A stretch of 63,894 bases of DNA from Octopus bimaculoides (taxonomy: Eukaryota). The stretch is from NCBI RefSeq assembly GCF_001194135.2, contig NC_069007.1, positions 5,754,146-5,818,039 of the forward strand, read 5' to 3'. Position numbers and translations under genes: made by a program. Shown in pieces: positions 1 through 12,912 of this stretch; position 1 is the stretch's first letter; every line of letters begins with the position of its first letter. The notes under the pieces are model-generated. The model searched no databases. It was not told the DNA's origin and worked only from the letters and a program-made list of their open reading frames with translations.

Positions 1-36
<36 letters not shown>

Positions 37-255
37 GCTTTTGTAAACAGAAAGCACCTCCAACATGTTTGACCACCGAGCAACCAAGCGACCGAGCAAG
101 TGTCCAAACTGTACACCAATGTTGGTTAGTACCACCAGTGGTTGCGGTGGTGGTGGTGGTGGTGGTGGTGTGTTTCATCGGTGTTGGCAACATCTTAAGG
201 AATATTCCGGATGGACGATGAGAGAGTAGTCAAAGGAGGCCGAAAGACGACTTAC

Positions 256-334
256 CTATTTTCCCTGTGCAACAAGAGATCGCACATAAAACATAGACGA
301 TGCATAACATCCTGGTAAATCCCAAATTGACCAT
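256..334 (-). CDS. Probable first coding exon (signal peptide) of a secreted or membrane protein gene continuing off the left edge
   Basis: Minus strand: acceptor ctgatgttgcctttctctgcag| with exon start at 361, 27 nt leader, Kozak-like aacATGG at 334, translation MVNLGFTRMLCIVYVLCAISCCTGKI, then phase-1 donor AG|GTAAGT at 256/255. Confidence 0.65.
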
Positions 335-1193
335 GTTGTCAACAGAATGGTATAAGCGTGTCTGCAGAGAAAGGCAACATCAGCTGCCGCTGCTGCTGCT
401 GTTGGTGCTGGTGTTACTGCTGCTGCTGCTGCCGTTTAAGCTTTTCCGCCTATCATAAACTGATGCTGTCAATTTTCGGCTCACGTCAGTTGATTGNNNN
501 NNNNNNNNNNNNNNNNNNNNNNNNNNNNNNNNNNNNNNNNNNNNNNNNNNNNNNNNNNNNNNNNNNNNNNNNNNNNNNNNNNNNNNNNNNNNNNNNNNNN
601 NNNNNNNNNNNNNNNNNNNNNNNNNNNNNNNNNNNNNNNNNNNNNNNNNNNNNNNNNNNNNNNNNNNNNNNNNNNNNNNNNNNNNNNNNNNNNNNNNNNN
701 NNNNNNNNNNNNNNNNNNNNNNNNNNNNNNNNNNNNNNNNNNNNNNNNNNNNNNNNNNNNNNNNNNNNNNNNNNNNNNNNNNNNNNNNNNNNNNNNNNNN
801 NNNNNNNNNNNNNNNNNNNNNNNNNNNNNNNNNNNNNNNNNNNNNNNNNNNNNNNNNNNNNNNNNNNNNNNNNNNNNNNNNNNNNNNNNNNNNNNNNNNN
901 NNNNNNNNNNNNNNNNNNNNNNNNNNNNNNNNNNNNNNNNNNNNNNNNNNNNNNNNNNNNNNNNNNNNNNNNNNNNNNNNNNNNNNNNNNNNNNNNNNNN
1001 NNNNNNNNNNNNNNNNNNNNNNNNNNNNNNNNNNNNNNNNNNNNNNNNNNNNNNNNNNNNNNNNNNNNNNNNNNNNNNNNNNNNNNNNNNNNNNNNNNNN
1101 NNNNNNNNNNNNNNNNNNNNNNNNNNNNNNNNNNNNNNNNNNNNNNNNNNNNNNNNNNNNNNNNNNNNNNNNNNNNNNNNNNNNNNNNNNNNN

Positions 1194-1735
1194 GTATTGT
1201 TGTTGTTGGTCGTAGTGGTGGTGGGGGTGCTAGTGTTGTTGTTTTTGGTGGTGGTGCTAGTGTTGTTGTTGTTGGTGGTGGTGTTAGCGGTGGTGGTATT
1301 GGTGGTGGTGGTGGTGTTGTCGTTGTCGTTGTGGGTGCTGGTGGTATTGGTGGTGGTGGTGCTAATGTTGTTGTTGTTGTTGGTAGTGGTGTGGTGGTAT
1401 TGGTATTGGTGGTGCTAATGTTGTTGTTGCTGCTGTTTTTGTTGTTGGTGGTAGTGGTAGTGGTAAAGTTGTTCTTATTCTTGTTGCTGTTAGTGATCTT
1501 GTTATTATTGAGAGTGGCAATGGTGTTGATGGTGGTATTGGCTCTCATATTGTTGCTATTATTATTATTATCATCATTAATGCAATTATTATAACTTAAG
1601 TACGAGTTGGACACTAAAATTGCTGCAATTGACTCACCCCCTCCCCTAAAATTGCTGGCCTTGTGCCAAAATTTGAAATCATTATCATTATCATCATCAT
1701 TATTATTATTATTATTATTATTACTACTACTACTA

Positions 1736-1766
<31 letters not shown>

Positions 1767-2147
1767 TATAACTACTATTATTATTTTTATTATTATTTTT
1801 ATTATTATTATTATTATTACTACTACTACTACTACTACTACAACTATTATTATTATTATTATTATTATTATAATTATAACTATTATTATTATTATTATTA
1901 TCATTATTATTATTATTATTATCATCCTTGCATTCTGAGATCAAATTTCCACTGAGGTTGGCTTTGCCTCTCATCCCTTCTGGGGTCGATGAAATAAGTA
2001 CCAGTCATGTACTTGGCTGATGTAATCAACTCACCTCCTCCTCCCCTGAAACTACTGGCCTTGTGCCAAAATTTGAAATCATTATTAATATCATTATTGC
2101 TGTTGTCGTTATCATCATCATCATCATCATCATTATTATTATTATTT

Positions 2148-2188
<41 letters not shown>

Positions 2189-2190
2189 AC

Positions 2191-2251
<61 letters not shown>
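1194..2251. repeat. Trinucleotide microsatellite field (GGT/GTT/ATT/ATC) with SINE family C tail fragments
   Basis: Runs of tgg/gtt, (att)n and (atc)n. Family C tail pieces at about 1600-1685 and 1925-2090. Confidence 0.9.
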
Positions 2252-2252
<1 letters not shown>

Positions 2253-2468
2253 GGGCAGTGAGCTGGCAGAATCGTTAGCATGTTGGGTGAAATGCTTAGC
2301 AGGATTTCATCTGTCGCTATGTTCTGAGTTCAAATGCTGCTGAAGTCAACTTTTGCCTTTCATCCTTTTGGGGTTGATAAATTAAGTACCAGTGAAATAC
2401 TGGGGTCGATGCAATCGACAATCCCCTTCCCCCAAATTTCAGGTCTTGTGCCTATAGTAGAAACGATT
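2252..2468 (+). mobile_element. SINE family C (tRNA-like head ggcagtgagctggcagaatcgttagc; body gactttgcctttcatcctttcggggtcgata..aagtaccag)
   Basis: Near-complete copy. Homologous copies or fragments at about 3835-4300(+), 8450-9065(-), 9350-9560(-), 30785-30990(-), 31170-31305(-), 31975-32085(-), 38630-38768(-), 52030-52250(+), 53868-54080(-), 54125-54340(-). Confidence 0.85.
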
Positions 2469-2809
2469 GTTGTTGTTGTTGTTGTTGTCATTGGTGGTGG
2501 TCATTGCCTTTGTTTATTTTCTACATTGTTTTGTTTAACTTTTTTGTTCTTAGATTTGTTGTTGCCATTAATATTTTGATTCAGATGAATCTTATTCATC
2601 CGTAGCAAATAATCCACCCACGACCATCCCATTTATTTTCCATTCAAGGCTACCTAGGGATATATCATTCAATGTGTTATCTTCCATCTTACTCTTTATT
2701 TTATTTATTTATTTTTTCTGTTTGTGTTTCTTAAATGTTGAAGTACGATTAGAAGAAAAATTTAGCTATTATTTCTAGCAGACTAAACAGCCACATAAAT
2801 GCTCCTGAA

Positions 2810-3081
2810 TTTTATGATGTGTTATTATTGCTGTTATGTATGGTTGTTGTTATTATTATTGTTGTTACTATTGTACATTATTGTTGTCGCTTTTGTTGTT
2901 GTTTTTGTTGTTGTTGCTGTTATTGTTATTGTTGTTTTTGTTCTTGTTCTTCCTCTTATCATCATCATCATCATCATCATTATTATTATCATTATTGTCA
3001 TCATCATCATCATCATTGTTTCTGGTGTTGTCGCTGTTGTTGTTGTTGTTCTTCTTCTTATTATTATTATCATTATCATCA

Positions 3082-3120
<39 letters not shown>

Positions 3121-3720
3121 CTCTTATTATCATCATCATCATCAACATCATTATTATTATTATTATTATCATTATTATCATCATCGTTATTATTAATATT
3201 ATTATCATTCCTATTATTAATATTTTTATTATTATCATCATCATCATCATCATCATCCTCATCGTTTAACGTCCGCTTTCCATGCTAGCATGGGTTGGAC
3301 GATTTGACTGAGGACTGGTGAAACCGGATGGCAACACCAGGCTCCAGTCTGATTCATCATCATTATTATTATTATTATCATTATTATTTTTATTATTGTT
3401 GTTATTATTATTATTATCATCATCATCATCACTATTATTATTATTATTATTATTATTATCATTATTATTATCATCATCATCATCATCACTATTATTATCA
3501 TTATTATTATCATCATCATCATTATTAATATTATTATTATTATTATCATTATTATTATCATCATCATCGTTATTAATATTATTATTATTATTATCATTAT
3601 TATTAATATTATCATCATTATCAGCATTGCAGCTGTCACTTTCGTTATTATAATTGCTCATATTCCATATTATAACATCATTTATATATTAATCCTTTTA
3701 CTGACACTGTAGCTATCATT
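2810..3720. repeat. (ATT)n/(ATC)n/(GTT)n microsatellite field with a family D SINE tail at about 3255-3350
   Basis: Direct inspection. Confidence 0.9.
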
Positions 3721-4385
3721 GTTGTTGCTGATGTTGCTGTTATTATTTTCAATGCAATTATGTTTGTTATTGTCGTTACTGAAGTTCATTTCAATTCTGT
3801 GGTTACTTTCGTTGTTCTGGTTATTATTATCATTAAGGCTGACTTTGCTTTTCATCCTTTCGGGGGTCAATAATTTAAATACCAGTAAAACACTGGGGTT
3901 GATGTAATTGACTAGTCTCCCCCACCAAAAAAAAAATTTCAGGCCTTGAGCCTGTAGTAGAAAAGATTATTAAACTGGCCACACTGCGCAAAATGCTTAG
4001 CGTCGTTTTGTCTGTCTTCACATTCTGAGTTCAAATTCTGCCGCGGTTGACTTTGCCTTTCATCCTTTCGGGATCAATAAATTAAGTACCAGTTGAGTAC
4101 TGGGGTCGACTTAATCAATAAATTAAGCACCAGTTGAGTACTGGGATGATGATGATGATGATGATAATAATAAGAAGAAGAAGAGGTCAACAACAACAAT
4201 AACTGCAACAACAACAACAAACGCAACAACAATAATGTACTTAACTGACCAGTCCCCCTCCCCCAAATTGCAGGCCTTGTGCCTTTAGTAGAAAAGATTA
4301 TTATGGTATGTTCAACACCCCAGTTGTCACTCGTGTTGTATTGTCTTTATTTGTTTTATATTCGGACCTGGTGATCAATAAAGAA

Positions 4386-4432
<47 letters not shown>

Positions 4433-4445
4433 CATCATCATGATA

Positions 4446-4858
4446 GGCGTATGATTGGCTGTGTGGTAAGTAACTTGCTTACCAACCACATGGTTCCGGG
4501 TTCAGTCCCACTGCGTGGCACCTTGGGCAAGTGTCTTCTACTATAGCCTCGAGCCAACCAAAGCCTTGTGAGTGGATTTGGTAGACGGAAACTGAAAGAA
4601 GCCCGTCGTATATATGTATATCTATATATGTGTGTGTGTTTTTGTGTCTGTGTTTGTCCCCCAAACATCACTTGACAACCGATGCTGGTGTGTTTACGTC
4701 CCCGTAACTTAGCGGTTCGGCAAAAGAGACCGATAGAATAAGTACTGGGCTCGCAAAGAGTAAGTCCTAGGGTCGATTTGCTCGACTAAAGGCGGTGCTC
4801 CAGCATGGCCGCAGTCAAATGACTGAAACAAGTAAAAGAGTAAAAGAGAGTAAAGAGT
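4446..4858 (+). mobile_element. SINE family A (head ggcgtaggagtggctgtgtggtaag, central TA/TG microsatellite, tail gactgaaacaagtaaaagag)
   Basis: Full-length, about 420 bp. A-box-like tggctgtgtggt and B-box-like ggttcagtcc. Many near-identical copies in the window. Confidence 0.9.
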
Positions 4859-4994
4859 ATCATCATAAGGCGGTGAGCATGCTGGGCAAAATGCTTAGCA
4901 GCATTTCATCTGTCACCAGCAGTAGTAGTAGTAATAGTAGTAGCAGTAGTAATAGTAGCAGCAGCATCCACTACATACCCTCTTTCATCCTATA

Positions 4995-5442
4995 GCAAAA
5001 CAGGTTGTGTGGTGCACGAGACTGAAAGGGTTGAGGAACGACACCTTCCTCTTTGGTGAAGCCCTTGTCATTTTTGAAAGTTCCACTTGGAAAGGAAAGT
5101 GTGAGGGTGAAGAGGGACGTGCTCACTCTCCTGATGAATTTGTGAAAAGATGGGTGACTGTGGCAAAAAAGGTCAGAGTGAATGGCTCTTCTCAAAGCAT
5201 GTACCTGGGAGAGAGTCCATGCCCTGGATCTGTGGGGTTCCTTTATTGGCCCTTGTTGTGCTTTCTCCTGTATCAGAAGCACTGCATTATTCTTGCTATG
5301 ACAGATTTTGGACATTACGTGCACTTGTATTGCCATCTTTCCCATTTCTTTCTCTTCATTATCACATAAATCTCCACACAAATTGTCACCTGTCCTTGTA
5401 GACGTGTCCCTCATCTACACACCTGTGGCTAATAAAAGAAAC
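4995..5442 (+). mobile_element. 3' fragment of a Tx1/L1-like LINE (ORF2 C-terminus plus 3'UTR), frameshifted
   Basis: Translation across frameshifts gives AKQVVWCTRLKGLRNDTFLFGEALV..FHLERK..VRVKRDVL..SPDEFVKRWVTVAKKVRVNGSS. It ends in tgtggctAATAAAagaaac before (att)n. Clade assigned from remembered ORF2 C-terminal patterns. Confidence 0.6.
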
Positions 5443-5495
5443 ATTATTTATTTATTTATTTATTTATAATAACATAATAATAATAATAATAATGA

Positions 5496-5531
<36 letters not shown>

Positions 5532-6350
5532 CATTATTATAATTTTACTTCTTTCAATTTTGTTTCCATTTCTAGCTGAATGTCTTCCTAACACCTAGGG
5601 CAGAGAAAACCACTAATATTGCTGCCATTCTGTTAAAATTTAAGACCATTATTATTATTATTATTATTATTATTTTATGTTTGACTTTTGTTTTGCATTT
5701 GTACAAGTTGGATCCAAGTCTCACCCAGAGACGTCAAGAGACAACAAGTTAGAAGTTCATGTAGGTGTTATGCCTAGGGTACCATATATTTGGATTTGTA
5801 CAGTTTTGTTCAAGTGAATGTTTAAGAATTGTTATTATTATTATCATTATCATATTATTATTATTATTATCATTATTATTATTACCATTATTATTATTGT
5901 CATTATTATTATTATTATTATCATTATTATTATTATTATTATTATTATCATCATTATTATTATTATTATCGTCATCATCCTCATCCTCATCATCAACATC
6001 ATCATCATGATTATTATTATTATTATTATTAAAGGGCATCCAGCTGTAGAAACTCTGCCAAATTTAGATTGGAGCCTGGTGTTGCCATCCGGTTTCACCA
6101 GTCCTCAGTCAAATCGTCCAACCCATGCTAGCATGGAAAGCGGACGTTAAACGATGATGATGATTGTCATAATCATTATTATTATAATCATTATTATTAT
6201 GATTATCATTAATATTCTTATTATCATCATCATCCTCATCATCATCAACATCATGATTATTATTATTATTATTATTGTCACAATCATTATTATTATCAAT
6301 TATCATTATTATCATTATTATTATTATCATTATTATCAATTATCATTAAC

Positions 6351-6392
<42 letters not shown>

Positions 6393-6560
6393 TATTATGA
6401 GGGTGCCTGCTGCTGCTGTTACATTTTAATTCTAAGTTGTTAAAGTTGTAGTTGTTGTTGCTATTGTTGTTAGAGATGTTGCTGTTGCTGCTACTACACA
6501 TCCTATTGTTGTTGTTGCTGTCGTTATTGTTGTAAGACAGCTGCTACTGCTGCTGAACGC
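5443..6560. repeat. (ATT)n/(ATC)n microsatellite field containing a family D SINE 3' half at about 6033-6160
   Basis: Direct inspection. The D fragment reads aagggcatccagctgtagaaa...ggacgttaaacgatgatg. Confidence 0.9.
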
Positions 6561-7580
6561 AAGATGATGCTCAGTGAATTATGATAGCAAGGAGAAAGGG
6601 AGAGAGAAAGAGAGTGACTAAAACGTGTGTACAGGGGTGGGGGTGGGGAGAGGTGGAGGTTGTGAGCGAGCAGGGGAGGTCGGGTTNNNNNNNNNNNNNN
6701 NNNNNNNNNNNNNNNNNNNNNNNNNNNNNNNNNNNNNNNNNNNNNNNNNNNNNNNNNNNNNNNNNNNNNNNNNNNNNNNNNNNNNNNNNNNNNNNNNNNN
6801 NNNNNNNNNNNNNNNNNNNNNNNNNNNNNNNNNNNNNNNNNNNNNNNNNNNNNNNNNNNNNNNNNNNNNNNNNNNNNNNNNNNNNNNNNNNNNNNNNNNN
6901 NNNNNNNNNNNNNNNNNNNNNNNNNNNNNNNNNNNNNNNNNNNNNNNNNNNNNNNNNNNNNNNNNNNNNNNNNNNNNNNNNNNNNNNNNNNNNNNNNNNN
7001 NNNNNNNNNNNNNNNNNNNNNNNNNNNNNNNNNNNNNNNNNNNNNNNNNNNNNNNNNNNNNNNNNNNNNNNNNNNNNNNNNNNNNNNNNNNNNNNNNNNN
7101 NNNNNNNNNNNNNNNNNNNNNNNNNNNNNNNNNNNNNNNNNNNNNNNNNNNNNNNNNNNNNNNNNNNNNNNNNNNNNNNNNNNNNNNNNNNNNNNNNNNN
7201 NNNNNNNNNNNNNNNNNNNNNNNNNNNNNNNNNNNNNNNNNNNNNNNNNNNNNNNNNNNNNNNNNNNNNNNNNNNNNNNNNNNNNNNNNNNNNNNNNNNN
7301 NNNNNNNNNNNNNNNNNNNNNNNNNNNNNNNNNNNNNNNNNNNNNNNNNNNNNNNNNNNNNNNNNNNNNNNNNNNNNNNNNNNNNNNNNNNNNNNNNNNN
7401 NNNNNNNNNNNNNNNNNNNNNNNNNNNNNNNNNNNNNNNNNNNNNNNNNNNNNNNNNNNNNNNNNNNNNNNNNNNNNNNNNNNNNNNNNNNNNNNNNNNN
7501 NNNNNNNNNNNNNNNNNNNNNNNNNNNNNNNNNNNNNNNNNNNNNNNNNNNNNNNNNNNNNNNNNNNNNNNNNNNNNNNN

Positions 7581-8016
7581 TTTATTTATTTATTCCACCT
7601 ACCTAACTACCTGTCTAACTGTTTATCAACCTGTCTGCCAGTCTGTCGATTTATCTCATTTAAAATATTCATTTCAGAAATGTGATCTTGAAATCTATCT
7701 ATCATCTTTGCAGCCTTTGTTTTTCTATCTATCTGTTTGTGTCTATATGCACACACAAACACAAATACATACAAACATAACAGCTACAGACACACACATA
7801 CACACATACATACACACACATACACACATACATACACACACACAAACTCACTCACATACACACACTTACACATGCACACACACATACACACACTGACAGA
7901 CACATACTCACATACAAACAGACAGACAGACAGACACACGCACATACATAAGTATGTAATTGTGTGTCTGTCTAACTATCTATTTATCTATCTATGGATG
8001 GATGGATGGATGGATG

Positions 8017-8054
<38 letters not shown>

Positions 8055-8158
8055 TAGGTAGGTAGGTAGGTAGGTAGGTAGGTAGGTAGGTAGATAGATA
8101 GATAGATAGATAGGTAAGTGGAGAGAGAGAGAGAATGAGATAGAGAGAGAATGAGAAT

Positions 8159-8231
<73 letters not shown>
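7581..8231. repeat. Compound (CA)n/(GATG)n/(GGTA)n/(GATA)n/(GA)n microsatellite
   Basis: Direct inspection. Confidence 0.95.
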
Positions 8232-8232
<1 letters not shown>

Positions 8233-9068
8233 AAGTGAATGGGAGGTCATGCAGAAAATGATTAACCAAAGCAATTCTTGAAATTTATATATTAGCAGTA
8301 TCTTCAGAATTAGTAACCATAAAAAATTTGGTAAGGATGTGGTAGAATTTGCTAGAATATCACAAACACTGTTTCTCCTGCTCAATGTTATTAAACATCA
8401 TTTCTTGAATATTTCAGGTTCCTCAAAGTTCTTGGAGCATGATCTTCTTTTAATAATGGTGTCTGATTTTGGCACAAGGCCAGTACATTTGGGTGGAAGG
8501 AATGAGTTGAAGCCATCAAACTCAGTCCTTGATTAGTTTTATATTTTAGTGACTCCAGAAAGAGGGAAAGCAATGTTGACCTTGGTGAGAATTGAACCCC
8601 AAATATAAAAAGCTGGATCAAATATCACAAGGCCATTTGATTTTGTGCCTAAGAAGTTTGATAGACTTATTGTACAGCTCATCAGGCAAATGCTTCCTAC
8701 TAAAGCCCCAGTAGAAAACCCCTATTTTTACTATAGGCACAAGGCTTGAAGAGCAGGTTCATGGATGACATCAATCTCAGTGTTCAACTGGATCTTATTT
8801 TATTGGCCCTCAAAAGGATGAAAAGTAAATTCAACCTTGGTGGAAATTGAACTCAGAAAGTAAAGACAAAACAACAGCTAATGTTTCTGCCTTAATAATA
8901 TCAATAATGGTTTCAAATTTTGTCACAAAGACAGCCATTTCGGCTGTCCGAAAGGATTAAAGGCAAAGTCAACCTCGGCAGAATTTGAACTCAGAGCATA
9001 GCAGCAGACAAAATACCGCTAGGTGTTTCCCCCAGCATGCAAACAATTCTGCCACATCACTGCCTTAA

Positions 9069-9322
9069 TCTTATATATTAAAAGGCAACTTGTCTGTCTG
9101 TGTATTGTGTGAACCCCTTCTATTCCTACAATTTTCAACCGAATTTCACCAAACTTGACACGTGTGCTCTCTTTGACTTAGGACGCTTTTTCTTATAATT
9201 TTTTTGTTGAAATTATGCACCCCCAACATAAATAGACTACTCTCAATTCGGCTAGGATTTGGCTTGAGCCAGCGAAAAAACGTGACACACACACAACTGG
9301 AAAAAATCAATACTTTACTTAG
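9069..9322 (+). mobile_element. Possible non-autonomous Helitron-like element
   Basis: Begins a|TCttatatattaaaagg...gtctgtctgtgt...aaccgaatttcaccaaacttgacacg, a typical 5' layout for such elements, and ends cttag|t. No clear 3' hairpin is seen. Confidence 0.3.
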
Positions 9323-9780
9323 TAATAATAATAATAATAATAATAATAATTTCTATTATTGGCACAAGGCCTGAAATTTTAGGGGAGGGTTTAGTTGATT
9401 ACATTACCCCCATTATTCAACTGGTGCTTATATAATCAACCCCAATCAGATGAAAGGCAAAGTTAACCTCAACAGAGAATGAACTCAAAACAAAAAGACA
9501 GATGAAATATCACTGAGCACTTTCTCTGAGCTGCTATCGACTCTACCAACTCACCATTTTAGTAAAAGAGAAATGATAAAATAAACTATAATATCTGTTG
9601 ATATTTTTCTTTCCTAAAGAATATTTTTCTAGGATAATCATAATTATAAAACCACTTAAACTTTAAAGTACTCTCATTATATTCCATTATTGAAGTCATT
9701 AAGAATTTTATGCTGCCATTTATTTATTCTTGTTGTGTTTATTAAGAATTATTAAAGAGATTTTCATCTTCCTATGCTGT

Positions 9781-9986
9781 CTATTTTACATAACCTGAAG
9801 AACTGTCTGTAAGAATTATCCCATCTCCCACACATATCTGCACACCTTGATAGCTTTTGGAGTTTATATCGCATGATTGAAGGGGTTCTGCCAGTTTGTC
9901 ATCTGCTGTGGAGATCACTTGCCAACAGAATCCAAAGTTCTGGAACTCATGAGAACGTTCACAAGGCGTCTCGAATTTTTGGTTTA

Positions 9987-10034
<48 letters not shown>

Positions 10035-10191
10035 CATCACAGTCTTGAGTTTTACAGTTGGAATAAACAGACTTCACACCTACCTGGAAGAACCACTGTG
10101 TTTTCTTCTTTGCGAGTAAACGAGAGAAGTATATTGAACCACAGACAACACACCTGTCTGGATTATTATTCTGTTCTTTGTAAGTAAACAA
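9781..10191 (-). CDS. Candidate coding exon(s) of an unknown protein with in-frame poly-Asn
   Basis: 136-codon open frame, mostly non-repetitive (RCVVCGSIYFSRLL..., FGFCWQVIST..., YQGVQICVGDGIIL). Splice sites are ambiguous. An ORF of this length could arise by chance. Confidence 0.25.
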
Positions 10192-10455
10192 GAGAAATAT
10201 AACATCATCACCAACATCCTTGTTGACATCATCATTGCAATCATACTCATCCTCATCATCCTTGTTGTCACCACCACTGCTGCCACCAGCACCACCACCA
10301 CCACCGCCGCCGCCTACACATCTGCTGCTATTACAGCCGTCATCGTATTTCCCATTTCCTTATAAAGTGATGTCTTCAAAGACAACTGGATACGAATGAC
10401 ACTGCTTGTATAACAAAGAATTTTGTTTACAACTTCCATATGATGTCAGGAGGAG

Positions 10456-10505
<50 letters not shown>

Positions 10506-11141
10506 ATGTAATATTATATGAAATTCCTTTCTATAAAATTTCTGAAGAATCTAAAACAAGAAACTGCTATCAAATGCTCTTATTACATTTGATCACCTTT
10601 ATTCATTATTCGCTATCGTTGGCACTAGTTTACCATTTAAGGGGCATATTTGAGCAGTTTTCTGTTGAGCTCTTTCGACTCACATTATGTTTTGCCTTGA
10701 GTTCATTTATGATACATACCTTTATGTTTGAAACCTGTTTTTTTTTTTTATGTGTACATTCGACAAAAGAGCTGATCAAACAAAACAATATTGCTCAACA
10801 ATGTAATCCGTGTTTTTCGGAATCACACAATAAAGATATATTGGACACAACACAGCTTCCAACACAAAGCTGTATTGATCATCTTTTATACCAAAAGACG
10901 ATGATAATAATAACAACAACAACAAAAGCAACAATTATGATGTTAATGATAATGACAATGATGACTGTTCTTACTACTACTACTACTACAGCTGCTGCTG
11001 CTGAAGATATCATCATCATCATCCTCCTCATCAATATCATGGCCTAGCACTGACAAACTGCCAATTTTGTTTGTGAATTTTCACTTCTTGAAGCATTTTT
11101 ATGTCTTTTTTATTCAGTTTATGAAACATTACACTCATAAT

Positions 11142-11415
11142 GTGGAGGGGCAATGGCCCAGTGGTTAGGGCAGCAGACTCGCGGTCATAGAATCGCGGTT
11201 TCGATTCCCAGACCGGGCGTTCTGAGTGTTTATTGAGCAAAAAACACCCAAAGCTCCACGAGGCTCCGGCAGGGGATGGTGGCGAACCCTGCTGTACTCT
11301 TTCACCACAACTTTCTCTCACTCTTACTTCCTGTTTCTGTTGTGCCTGTAATTCAAAGGGTCAGCCTTGTCACACTGTGTCACGCTGAATTTCCCCGAGA
11401 ACTACGTTAAGGGTA
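11142..11415 (+). mobile_element. SINE family B (tRNA-Arg-like head gtggaggcgcaatggcccagtggttagggc), truncated by an assembly gap
   Basis: Near-identical to the full-length copy at 47737-48123. Confidence 0.9.
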
Positions 11416-12371
11416 NNNNNNNNNNNNNNNNNNNNNNNNNNNNNNNNNNNNNNNNNNNNNNNNNNNNNNNNNNNNNNNNNNNNNNNNNNNNNNNNNNNNN
11501 NNNNNNNNNNNNNNNNNNNNNNNNNNNNNNNNNNNNNNNNNNNNNNNNNNNNNNNNNNNNNNNNNNNNNNNNNNNNNNNNNNNNNNNNNNNNNNNNNNNN
11601 NNNNNNNNNNNNNNNNNNNNNNNNNNNNNNNNNNNNNNNNNNNNNNNNNNNNNNNNNNNNNNNNNNNNNNNNNNNNNNNNNNNNNNNNNNNNNNNNNNNN
11701 NNNNNNNNNNNNNNNNNNNNNNNNNNNNNNNNNNNNNNNNNNNNNNNNNNNNNNNNNNNNNNNNNNNNNNNNNNNNNNNNNNNNNNNNNNNNNNNNNNNN
11801 NNNNNNNNNNCATCACCAGCACTGTCATCATTATTACTGCTATTGTTGGCATCATTTTTATCACCATTATCATCAGTGTCATTGCTATCATCACAATTGT
11901 CATCAACATCATCATCATTGTCTTCCTCCTTGTCCTTGTCATCATAGTCACCATTGTCATCATTATTGTGATCATTGTCACTGACATCGTTACCACCATA
12001 GTCATCATCATCATCAGTATCATCATCATCGGCATCATCAGCATAATTGAACTCGTTGGCATCATCATTATTATCGTCATTGTTATCTTTGTCTTTACTG
12101 TCATTAGAATCATCATCATCACTATCGCCATCTATAATCATCAATGTTATCATCATCCTTCTTACCACCATCTCCATCATCATCCTCACCACAATGACCA
12201 CCACTTCTAAAGTTATTGTTTTTCTGTCTTCCATCTTTCTTTGTCTGTTGTCCTTGTGGAAATCAAAGAAATGGTTTGTTATGATATTCCACCCACCACA
12301 CCCCTACACCAGAACATATAAAATGCTTTACACTTCTGTCTGTGAATACACAAAGGTGCAGCCATGGCTAA

Positions 12372-12556
12372 GGAGCCGGCTTGGCTGGGTGGTCAAAAGG
12401 TGGCTTCTTATCTGCATGGTTCTAGGTTCAGTCTCACCATGTGGTACCTTGGGCGAGTGTCTTCTACTATAGCTTCAGGCCGACCAAAACCTTAGAACTG
12501 GATTTGGTAGACAGAAACTAAAAGAAACCCATCGTATATATGTGTGTGTGTGTGTA

Positions 12557-12595
<39 letters not shown>

Positions 12596-12912
12596 ATCAT
12601 CATCGTCGTTGTTTAACGTCTGCTTTCCTTGCTGGATGGTCTGACTAAAGGCTGGCGAGCCGGTAGGCTGCACCCGGCTCCAATCTGATCTGGCAAAGTT
12701 TCTATGGCTGGATGCCCTTTCTAATGCTAACCAATCTGAAAGTGTAGTTGGTGCTTTTACAAGCCACCAGCACGAGGGCCAGTCAGGCGGTACTGGGATC
12801 AGCTATGCTCAAATGGTGCTTTTTACATGCCACCTGCACAGGAGCCAGTCCAGCGGCGCTGACAACAACCACACTCAAATGGTGCTATTTACATTCCACC
12901 GGCCCAGGAGCC
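12372..12912. mobile_element. Degenerate family A 5' half (+) followed by a family D SINE (-)
   Basis: A-type ggtaccttgggcgagtgtcttctactatagc. D-type gtttaacgtc...ggatgccctttctaatgctaacca plus internal ~65-bp repeats. Confidence 0.75.

Noticed and set aside
1-32. Poly-A run at the window start
   Set aside because: It is a simple homopolymer whose context is cut off by the window edge.
4971-5414. Minus-strand ORF with a MULE-like HSHPSFHKF motif
   Set aside because: The plus strand is better explained as a LINE ORF2 end with UTR and polyA signal, so this is an antisense shadow.
10406-11047. 213-aa plus-strand ORF
   Set aside because: It spans (CA)n and trinucleotide repeats, has no recognisable domain and shows no exon boundaries.
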